Shown here: piece by piece, positions 54,188-64,000 of the stretch
How the letters are laid out: every line of letters starts with the position of its first letter
Position numbering within the stretch: position 1 is the stretch's first letter
NCBI RefSeq assembly: GCF_009914755.1
Contig: NC_060925.1
Strand: one strand, 5' to 3'
Length of the DNA stretch: 64,000 bases
From: the human T2T-CHM13v2.0 reference genome, Homo sapiens
The notes under the pieces: generated by a model
The model's database searches: none
Seen by the model: only the letters and a program-made list of their open reading frames with translations
What the model was told of the DNA's origin: nothing
Position numbers and translations under genes: made by a program

Positions 54188-57100
54188 GCCACGCAAGGCT
54201 GGACAAGGGCTATGGCCAAGCAGAGGGTCCTGTTTAATTCCTTAAGCAAATATTGATTACATGCTTATCATACACCAGGTACTGTGGTAAGGTTTTGTCC
54301 TATGGGGTCGAAGTTAGATATTGAAATATATGTCTATAATCACTGTGATATGCTGAGGGAAGAAAGATTCCAAATGCTATTGGAGCCTGGAAGAAGGGCA
54401 GGTGAGCCAGTGATCAGGGAAGATTCCAGAGAAGGTGGGATTTGACCTGAGACTGAAAGATGGGTATGAGTTTACCTGGTGGATAGGGGAAGGCATTTTA
54501 GAAAGCATGTGCAAAATAGAAACAGTATATTTGAGGACTCCTAAATAGAGTATGATGGACAGGGGGTAAGAAGAAAGCAGGTTGGATGCCAAAGAAAGAG
54601 AGGTGAAGCTGGCACAGTAGTGCATGCCTGTAATCCCAGCTACTCAGGAGGCTGAGACAGGAAAATTGCTTGAGCCCAGGAGTTCCAGATCAGCCTGGGA
54701 GACATAGCAAGACCCTGTCTCTTAAAAAAAAAAAAAAAAAAAAAAAAAGAAAGAAAGAAGAAGATGAACAGGGAAGGAAAAGGGTGCCTTGCTTGCAACT
54801 GTTATTCCTTAGAATTTGGATTGTCTTTTTATTATTATTAGTTTTATTTTTTAGAATCAGGCAACAACCCATTCTATGAAATAGAAAGGGCAGTCCCAGC
54901 ATTTGGATTGTCTTAAAGGCAATGAGAAACTCATTAATCTAGGGAGGAATATTCTCATATTTGCTTCTTTTTTTTTTTTTAAGCCTTTGTGGATGGTTTT
55001 CTTAAAGAGAAGGCTGTTGACTTCTCCATATCCACAAGGGAGAGAGTAAGAGGGAAAAGATAACATGCAGGGAATGAATTGTTGCAAGAGAGAGTTCGAT
55101 TAGACAAAGTAAGAACTTGACCCTGTGGGGATTAGACAGAGGTCATGAAGGGAATTGGTAGCCTTTTCAGACCTGAGGATGTTTTATAAAGGGTGGTCAT
55201 CGTCTTTCACATTGTAAGTTTCGTTTCTGGTTGAGGCAAGAGGTTGGATATATTCAGACTTCCTACAGCGTGTTCTTTAGAAGAGTCATTCCATCTGTTA
55301 ACAGATAACAGAAAACAAAGTTTCAGTGCTCCCCAGAAGTTTGGCTTAGGCACAACTGAATAGGCCTATCTATTTACTGCAGTATTTTTTAAAACAACAT
55401 TTAATATGATAATGCAAACTATGAATATTTCAGTGAAACATTGGATTCAGGGTCCCCAAACTTGATTACAGGATCCCTTTTATATAGGGAACTTGTGGTC
55501 TTCTGTTCTAAGGAGCACTCTTGGTAAAATACTGAACCAGATACATTTGATTCTGTTACAAACTCTAAGAATCTTCCTTAGGTTCTGAAATCCTAAAAAA
55601 AATAAGATTTGGACTTATTTTTCCATAATGCTTATTCATCATGGAATTATGCTCATTCATTCAATATCTGCCTATCTGGGGCATAGATAAGCTCTCAAGT
55701 CTGTTGATATTTAATAATAACTATGCAGTGACTATTTCTCAGAGTTCTGAAGGGTGGATAAGTCAGATAAAATATGAACAGATATGATGTCCACCTTAAA
55801 CTCAAATCAAACTAAAATCCTAAGGGCCAACTTAGTAGAAATTTTGGGAAATAGCAGGTCTACTCACTCCAAAGAATGAAAGGAAAAGAGGGAATAGATA
55901 AACCGTCCCTTATCTCCACACCTGAAGATATTTCTTGGTACATGTCAAAACTCAGGAGGTTAGAATTCTAACGTGTATTCAAAGAGAGGTGGAACTTTGG
56001 AGTCATCTAAAGAATGTTGCCATTGGGAATGTAACATTTAAGTGCCAGGAATAAGATTTGGGATCCTCAACAAACTCTAAGGCCAGTGCAGTGGCACATG
56101 CCTGTAATCCCAATTATTTGGGATGCTGAGGCAGGAGGATTGCTTGAGCCCAGGAGTTCAAGGTAAAATAGTGAGCCCTCATCTTCAAAAAAAAAAAAAA
56201 AAAAAAAACCCCAAATACAAAAAACTCTCAAGAACTAGATTTTTTAGTGATTAAATCTAATCCTGGGGTTGAAAATAGATTTTTTCTTTCTTTTCTTCTG
56301 TGCATATGCTTACCCAAGCAAATAGATTTTAATTGAGATATTTAGATGTCAATTCTAATTAGTTGTCAGTGTTGCCTGGAGTATTAGGACGAGAAGAGTT
56401 GAGACTGAACCTCAACTGAATCCATGAAACAAATGTGGCAATTGATGAGCAATATCTGCCTTATCTGGGGGAAATGTGTGAAGCTCCCCATCCTTGTAGT
56501 TTCCATCCCCTTTCTAAGTTATACTTGGAAGTATGTTAAGTTGTAAAGGGTGCTGTGAGCTGGATTGGATCAGAAACAAAAATTTGAGAAATAGAATGAT
56601 TCACAAGATTTTGTCAAATTGTGCAGAATGTATGTAACCCTATAGGTCTAGAAGAAACTGGTGTACAAGGGAGCCAAGTAACGTTGATTTAGATTAGAAG
56701 TGTGAACTTTGCAGAAATGTGGTACAACCCGGGACCCCATAGAAAGGAGTCCTTGACAAAGAAGTCTACAAATATCTTTTAGCACATGAAGTGTACGTCT
56801 TCAAATTTTGTATAGTGTCTGTATGAGAATTTCTGCTGGAGATTGTATAGTTGGTCTTTCTTATTCATGTTAATAACATGAATTAACAAATTCATGTTAA
56901 TTAATCTGTACTTTGCCAAGCAGTACTGAAAATTCTTGATGAAGTTCTCAATATAAATAATTTTCTTTCCTTTTACAAATGGGGCCTCTGTTACCCATAG
57001 GGATCTCCCAGAGTCCCTACAACAGGTGACACTATCAAGAGGAGGTATACTAGACTGGGAATGAAGGAAGAAAACCAGTACTTGTTGTGTCGTTGTTGAT

Positions 57101-58187
57101 CACACAGCATCCAGACAAATCCCTGCCACCATCTCCTAGTAGGGCTTGTCCTATTGATGGGTGAGCTGCTGCCCAAGTGGAGTGGTGCACCTGGTGATTC
57201 AGGAAGAGTTACAACTTCACACGCAGCTTGTTGTCCACATCCAATTCTGTGTCTTAGCCAAATGACATAAAAATCAACTTGAGAAAAATACAAAGTAATG
57301 TCCTTCTGGGAGTTTATTTGCAGTAGTGTCTGGTTTGTGGCTAAAATTCTGGACTTGAAATTAGGAGAGCTGAGTAGAAACAGAAATGGAAATGTCTGTG
57401 TTCCTTTCTCATTTTGACCAGGCACTGCCTCAGAACTTTTGACAGTTCAACTTTGTTGGGCCTCAGTTTCCTCATATTTGATTGGGAAGAGAGGGAGGCT
57501 GGAGGTGGAGACAATGAAGAAAGGGATTGACTATTCAATGACTTCTAGACATTTTATCTAAAGTGTTACCTGCATTTCCCCAGGCCATGCCCAATGAGCT
57601 ATCAAGAACAGCAATGAGATGCTAATCCTACAGATTGGATGAAATAGAGGGAGCTAGAACCACATGCATCCTGCTCCCCACAACTTCTCCCAACTAATGC
57701 AGAAGGTTCCCAAGGTTTGTCAGACAGCGATTTGAATTTCTGTGGTCTCTCTGGCTACCTTGTGGTATTTCTGGTGCCCTGTGGCTCTTGGCATAGGCAC
57801 TATAATGATGCTAGTCCTTCACCCCTCATTTGTCTGTCTGAAAACTGTGCTGGTTTGAGATGTTTCCCACAGATATCTGGGTGATGTGGCTCCATGTTTT
57901 TTACCAGCACTATTTGTAAGCCATTTTTCCCCTGACAGGGACACAGCTTCCTGAAGATTGGGCTGGGAACAATCTAACTCCATTCAAAATCACCTTTTCC
58001 TTAAGAAGACCTGTGCTTGTCATTAAATCGTGTGTATAAGCTGGTGTAGACCTTTCAGTTAAGTTCCTTAGACCAATAGTCTTCAAAGTTTTTGCTCTCA
58101 AAAGCTTTAAAAGACTTGTAAAACTTAGTATCTCTTTGCAGATTTTCAAGTCAACATGAACATATTGTGTAAAGGATCTATTTTATG

Positions 58188-59362
58188 TTGTCAACAGACA
58201 AAATTACAACAAACAGTTTAAATAGCTCAGTTGGCTGTATTGTAGTTCTAGAATTGGGCAACACTTCATTCCATAAAATATAATAAGTGTTCTGATGAGC
58301 TGAGCAGAAGGAGTTAGCTTTGTAGGCAGAGGACGGCTGAAGAAAGCAGAAACGAAGAGAGCAAAGAGGATATTAGTCATTCCACAGCTACTTTTCTGTA
58401 AGGCAGGACAGGGAAGCAGAATAATAGAAAAAAATGTGGCTCCCATCTATAATCCCAGCTACCCAGGAGGTTGAGGTGGGAGGATCACTTGAAGCCAAGA
58501 GTTCTAGGCTACAGCAAGCTACGATCATGCCACTGCACTCCAGCCTGCGTGACAGAGCAAGAACCCCTGTTAAAAAAAAAAGAAAAAAGAAAAAAGAAAA
58601 AAAGAGACAGAGAACTGATTAGTTAACATCAGGCTACTTCTTTTGTGTGTGTGTGTGTTTTTTCAAATTTACTAAGTAATGAAACAAAAGATCCAACAGT
58701 TCTTACATAGCCTTTATTTAAAAAAAGAAAAAAAGATAAATTGTCTTGAAACTACTCCTAAGTATTTTGAAAAACATTTCCTTTTAAAAGTAGCTGGCCA
58801 AGAATCCAGAAAACCTTTTCATTTTAGAGAATCTTCCTCTCTCTTGCTTTTCTGTTCTCTTACCTGATGTCAGTCATTTTGTTTTTCCTGGGCAGTCAGA
58901 AATCAGTTTTTACTTTGGAACTAAGACACTCATTTTTGGCTTTAAAAATTGTTAATTATATTGTTCGGTTTTGGGTACTATCTTTGGGTAAGTTGACAAT
59001 TTCTAGGTTTTTTGTTAATTAAAAATTTTTAGTTTTACTACCTCTGTATCTACTTGCGTAAAAAAGGATAGTATCTAATTATATTTTAACTTACCACTTT
59101 TTAAAACTTTTAACTGTTTATATGTGTAAGGATTTAAGTAGAAGTTTTTCGTACTGATTGAAGATTTAAACTGGCTTGTTTGGAAAATCAGCTGTTACCT
59201 CTTTCTCCTGATTTCTCAGAAGGTCAAATAAATACTTAGTTTGAGTTTGGTAGAAGTGAACTTTAGTATGAGTGATCCCATTCTGATTTTTTATCTGGTC
59301 TGTTGAGGCCTGGTGCAGAAACTTAGTCCAAAACAATGGCCTCTTGTGATTTTTATTTAACA
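58188..59362 (-). mobile_element. ERV1 LTR (MER67-like) interrupted by a partial Alu (about 58435-58600) and a ~450-bp insert
   Basis: Minus-strand start TGTTAAATAAAAATCACAAGAGGCCATTGTTTTGGACTAAG; homologous to the copy at 62131-62573. Confidence 0.6.
58665..59118. repeat. Copy 1 of a ~450-bp local direct duplication
   Basis: Co-linear with 61407-61851, roughly 85-90% identical by eye. Confidence 0.92.
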
Positions 59363-60394
59363 GTATTATCTTCGTGCTTTAAATACCTTTTCCTTAAAAT
59401 CACAGAGTTTCAGATTTGTCTCAGGTCAGAAATTGTTCATAGAGCAAATTATCTGCATCAAATTACACTGGCTGTTTCTGTCAGGAAAAAGTTGACTTTA
59501 TTTATTTATTTTTACTGAAAATAAATGTGATTACATGCATGTCTGTGCAACCTCACTTCTGAATGTAAGAGACACAATGTTGGGGAGGGTGGGAGAGAAA
59601 ATCAGGGTAAAGGCATGGAGCCTTGCTTTGGCTTTCTTCACCTTGCCCTACCTCTCCCGAAATCTCCATTCCCTGGTCCCTCTGCTTGGTGGCCCAGAGG
59701 TGTTTACCCCTGGAGCAAGCACACAGGAAGCTTAGGTCCCAGTGGGGCTTTGCCTTCCCTTTCTTTTACAAAATGGTTGCAGGGCCTTTGGTTGCGAGAG
59801 AGGATGTGGGAAAGGGAACCACAGGCCGCTGCAGACTTCTCTTCTGTAGAGCAGTGTTATGAGAGGACACGTGGGAGCTGGGGATTTGAACATTGCTTCT
59901 GTTTAAGCTATCCATGCCTGTGAACCCTTGGAAGGTCTTTATATCCCCAGAGTTATGAGTACCCCAGTTTGAAGACCACTTCTTTAGACCCCTCCACTTA
60001 CTCCAGTTGAGTCTGGGATGTGCCCACGCAGATCTGATTGCAGCTCTTAGATTAGGCCTTCATGTTTGTTGAATATTTACAATGTACCAAGTGGCTTACC
60101 TTTATAAGTTTGTCTTCCTGAAGACCTTGTTACAGATAACTCAGGTAGCAGAAGACTCAGGAGCCAGACTGGGATACTCCTAATCCCTAAATTAACTTTT
60201 GTTCCTGCCACAAAAACTTTCTTAGTTGCATAAGACATGGTCAGCTGAGCTCGTGGATTGAAAGGAGGATCTGAAAGGAAACCTCAGCGTTTGTAGACCA
60301 TTTCCTGCTTGTGGTTTCCAACTTAATGAGAGAAACAGTGCCTTTTTACAGCCATATCTGTAATAGTGCCTTTTTAGGGCTGTATCTGTGCTAC

Positions 60395-60856
60395 TGAGTC
60401 TCCCCTTGACGAAAACTTAGTCAGGCTTCTGTGACCTTGGGCAAGTCCCCCAAGTGTCCAATTTTAGCAAGAATCCTGCTGAATCAGTTTAGCCAGAATC
60501 TCCCACCTTAATATCTGATCATCCTCAAAATCTGATCAACATTCTCATCCTCCACCATCCACTACGTAACATCAGATCACCCTGACCTGCCTTCAGCAAG
60601 AATCCCATTATGTTTGTTTAACTAGAGAATCCCCTTACCCTTGATGCTTTCTCTTGGCAATTTTCCATCCACCTACTCCTGCACTGTGCTCCCTGTCTAT
60701 AAATTCCCCCTTTTTCTTGTTGTACTTGGAGTTGAACCTGATCTCGTTCCCCTGATAACAAAAACCTCATTGTAATAGCGCCCGCCATCCTGCCCCGCTT
60801 GAATAGTCTTCCTTACCATCTTTAATAAGTGTCATGAATTTTTTTTTCTTTAACAC
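60395..60856 (+). mobile_element. MER31-like ERV1 LTR
   Basis: CCTTGACGAAAACTTAGTCAGGCT, TTTTAGCAAGAATCCTGCT, repeated ATCTGATCA, ends TTTCTTTAACA. Confidence 0.7.
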
Positions 60857-60945
60857 TCTTGTAGGGCTTTAGATAACCTTGGAGGCAATTTCATTTACTT
60901 AGATCTGCATATTATTTTGATGTGGTAATTTATAAAACACAGACT

Positions 60946-61372
60946 TGGTATCTTTGTGTTGCTGTAAAGCAATACCTAAGGCAGGGTAACGTATAAAGAG
61001 GTTTATGTGGCTCACGGTGCTGCAGACAATACAAGAAGCATGGCGGCAACATTTGCTTCTGATTAGGGCCTCAAGAAACTTCCACTCATGGTGCAAGGTG
61101 AAGGGGAGCCACCATGTAGAGATAACATGGTGAGGAGGAAGCAAGAAAGAGGGAGAAGGTGTCGGGTCCTTTTCTAACAATTAGCTCTCAGGGGAACTCT
61201 TGCTGGAATTCTTGTAGTAACTGATAGAATAACTCACTACTGTGAGGATGACACCAAGCCATTTGTGAGGGATACATCTCCATGATCCAAATACCTCCCA
61301 TTAGGCCCCACTCTGACGGGGGGGATCAATTTCAGTATGAGGTTTCGAGGGTCAAACATTCAAACGATAGCA
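60946..61372 (-). mobile_element. MST-family MaLR LTR
   Basis: GCTGTAAAGCAATACCTAAGGCAGGGTAA...AAGCATGGC...ACCTCCCATTAGGCCCCAC...CAAACATTCAAAC. Confidence 0.75.
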
Positions 61373-61406
61373 CTTGGTAATTCATAAAACAATTTTCTAG
61401 TTTTTT

Positions 61407-61851
61407 AAATTTACTAAGTAATGGAACAAAAGAGCCAGCAGTTCTTTCATAGCCTTTATTTTAAAAATTGTCTTAAAATTACTCCTAAGGATTTTGAAAA
61501 TCATTTCCCTTTAAAAATAGCTGGCCAAGAATCCAGAAAAACTTTTCATTTTAGAGACTCTCCCCCCGTCTTGCTTTTCTGTTCTCTTACTTGATGTCAG
61601 TCATTTTATTTGTTTTTCCTGGGCAGTCAGAAATCAGTTTTTACTTTGAAATTAAGACATTCATTCTTTTGTCTTTAAAAAAACGTTAATTATATTGTTT
61701 GGTTTTGGGTAGTATCTTAGGTTAACTTGAAAATTTCTAGGTTTTTTTGTTAATTAAAAAGTATTAATTTTACTGCCTCTATCCACTTGCATAAAAAAGG
61801 ATAGTATCTAATTACATTTTAGCTTCCCACTTTTTAAAACTTTTAACTGTT
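61407..61851. repeat. Copy 2 of a ~450-bp local direct duplication
   Basis: Co-linear with 58665-59118. Confidence 0.92.
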
Positions 61852-62130
61852 ATTTTATTTTACTTTTAAAGGTAGAGTCTGTGTTGTGCGGGCTAAAGTG
61901 CAGTGGCTATTCACGGTGTGATCATAGTGCTCTATAGGTTCAAATTCCTAGGCTCAATTGATCCTCCTGCCTCAGCCTCCTGAGAAGGTGGGACTACAGA
62001 CACATACTGCCATGCCTATATTTATTTTTTAACCACTTTTTAAAAATTGAAATATAACTCACATAGGATTAAACCTTTTAAAATGTACAATTTGGTGGTT
62101 TTAGTATACTGACTTTCTTTTAAGATAGCA

Positions 62131-62573
62131 TTGTCAAAGACAAAATTTCAACAAATTTAAATGATTGAACTGGCTTTTATTGCAATTCTTGAATCAGGTG
62201 TTATCTAATCTAAAAATAGATGCTAAGCTGGGCAAGGCAGAAAAATCTGTTTTTATAAAGGTAGTTTGATCAGGAACAAGGAAACAGCATAATAAAACTC
62301 AGACTCATAGGTTAACACCAGATTACTTCAGGTTACTTTCTTTGTAAGAGTTAAAAACAGGGAATTTCCTTATGCTGGCTAAAACTGGCCTGTTTGGGAA
62401 TTTGGCTATTCTCTCTCTCTCTCTCCTGATTTCTCTGAAGGTCAGATAAGCAACTTAGTTTTGATTTGGTGGCATGGAACTTTAGCATGAGTGACTCCAT
62501 TTTGGTTTGGTCTGTTGGGGCCTAGTGCAGGAACTTAGCTCAAAACAATGGTCTTCCATGAATTTTGTTTAAC
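62131..62573 (-). mobile_element. ERV1 LTR (MER67-like)
   Basis: Minus-strand start TGTTAAACAAAATTCATGGAAGACCATTGTTTTGAGCTAAGTTCCTGCACTAGGCCCCAACAGACCAAACC. Confidence 0.65.
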
Positions 62574-62630
62574 AGCACCTAGGACTAGTGTTTAAAAGTA
62601 TGGATTTCTGCAGTAAAGTTCTTTACATAT

Positions 62631-63331
62631 TGTAGGGGCAGAAAGAAAGCTTCCTCTTCACCCACTGAAAGTTTGCTGAAAATGAACTGACAAAAGTCAG
62701 AATAGGAGAAAAAGGCATACAAAATTCATTTGACGTGCATAGACATGGAAGCCAAACACACAGTATGAGACTCAAAGAGGGGCCAGATGGTTGAGGCTTA
62801 AATACTCTCTTCATAGGGGAGTGATGTATGAACCCAGGAGGCAGACATTATTTTGTAAATGATTCTCTCTGGAAGCTAGATGGGACAAGTTATGGGAAAG
62901 TGAGGGAAGAACTGCACAGGAACAAAGTTTGTCTTATGCAGGTAAAGTCCCCCAGGTAATTGCTAGGAACTGCCTCAGAAGAATAGATTAAAAGTCTGTC
63001 TGGGCATGGTGACAACTCCCACTGTTTTCTTTTCTCTTTGGTGGTTGAGGTTGATTTTTCCTGGTTATTTAATGAGATTCCTAGGGAGGAGGTCTTAAGA
63101 CAATTTTTGGAAAGCTGTTGGAAAGAAGCTTTCTTAGATAAGAAAATTCCTCTGGGAGTACCTCCTGGTGCTTTGGGCGGGAAGATCAGAAAGATTCAGA
63201 GGTGGGAATGTCTGACAGAGACCTCGGTTCTGAGGCTACTTCTGAGGCTTATTTCTGAGGCCTTTCCATTTTCAAAGCACTCAGCATGTCCAAGCACTAT
63301 GTTTTGGGGAATCATTTTCTGTGCCCCAACA
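62631..63331 (-). mobile_element. ERV1 LTR (MER34/MER39-like)
   Basis: Minus-strand start TGTTGGGGCACAGAAAATGATTCCCCAAAACATAGTGCTTGGACATGCTGAGTGC, ending CCCCTACA. Confidence 0.6.
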
Positions 63332-64000
63332 GAATGGCCTTTTCTATTCTTGAAGCACAGGTCCCATCACAGTGCCTACGGTCCTATCGTAGGTATTACT
63401 TTCCTTCAGGAAAATGTTTAAACCACACACATTCTCAATACGTAGACCCATGATTTTAGTTATTTGGTTTTTTTAAAAAAAAAAGCCATGGAAAAGCAAA
63501 ATAAAAATAAATGCCACATATCAAAACTTGGCTCTCGGTAGGTATTTACTGAATGAATGAAAGAATTGAAATGGCCACTTTTGGTTACTGAGTTGCTCTT
63601 GACAGCTTAAAGATGAAAAGCTTGAATACTTTCAGCATCCCCTTGAACATGCTGACTGGCTACCTTGGACTCTTCACCTCGCCTCCTTTGTGAAGAGAAA
63701 ACAGAGCCCAGATTAGCATTACTGCCCTTACTGAAATTGCATTTGAATGTGAGTGTTGAAGATGTCATGTGATTAAATGACAGATGTCACTCATGTTTTT
63801 TTAGTCATGTTTCTATTCCACATCTATTTACAAGTTTTTAAAAATTCTTTTGCCATTGTAGACATTTCTGTTCATGGAACTTAGGCCTGCAAAAACCAAG
63901 ATACTGTCATTGTGGGACGTGCCAATCCACTTTGAGAATGTGTACATGTGTATGCAATTGTTTGCTCTTTTTTTTTTTTTTTTCCCAGGAGCCCTCTGGA

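Noticed and set aside
56991-57425. 144-aa minus-strand ORF
   Set aside because: No recognisable homology or exon structure; adjacent to MIR-like sequence; likely chance

Overview
Mammalian (human-like, Alu-rich) genomic DNA, which I recognise as the SWT1 / IVNS1ABP locus (human 1q25.3). It contains: (1) the last intron and last exon of SWT1 on the + strand; (2) the complete 15-exon IVNS1ABP (NS1-BP/KLHL39/Nd1; BTB-BACK-Kelch) gene on the - strand, convergent with SWT1, whose 13 coding exons join by GT-AG junctions to 1929 nt (642 aa + stop); (3) its CpG-island promoter; (4) a full-length processed PSMD7 pseudogene with a 15-bp TSD and a processed MAP1LC3B pseudogene; (5) a solo LTR12C with a 4-bp TSD about 4 kb upstream of IVNS1ABP in the same orientation; and (6) many Alu, L1, LTR and DNA-transposon relics. 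The most interesting signals form a layered post-transcriptional control region on IVNS1ABP. A spliced 24-aa uORF spans the exon 1/2 junction, and its ending changes if exon 2 is skipped. A GAA-rich intron-7 exon adds 'VY*' to give a 221-aa Kelch-less isoform or a poison exon. An in-frame alternative donor lies on exon 8. Repeat family names and boundaries are from recognition by eye, not from a RepeatMasker run.
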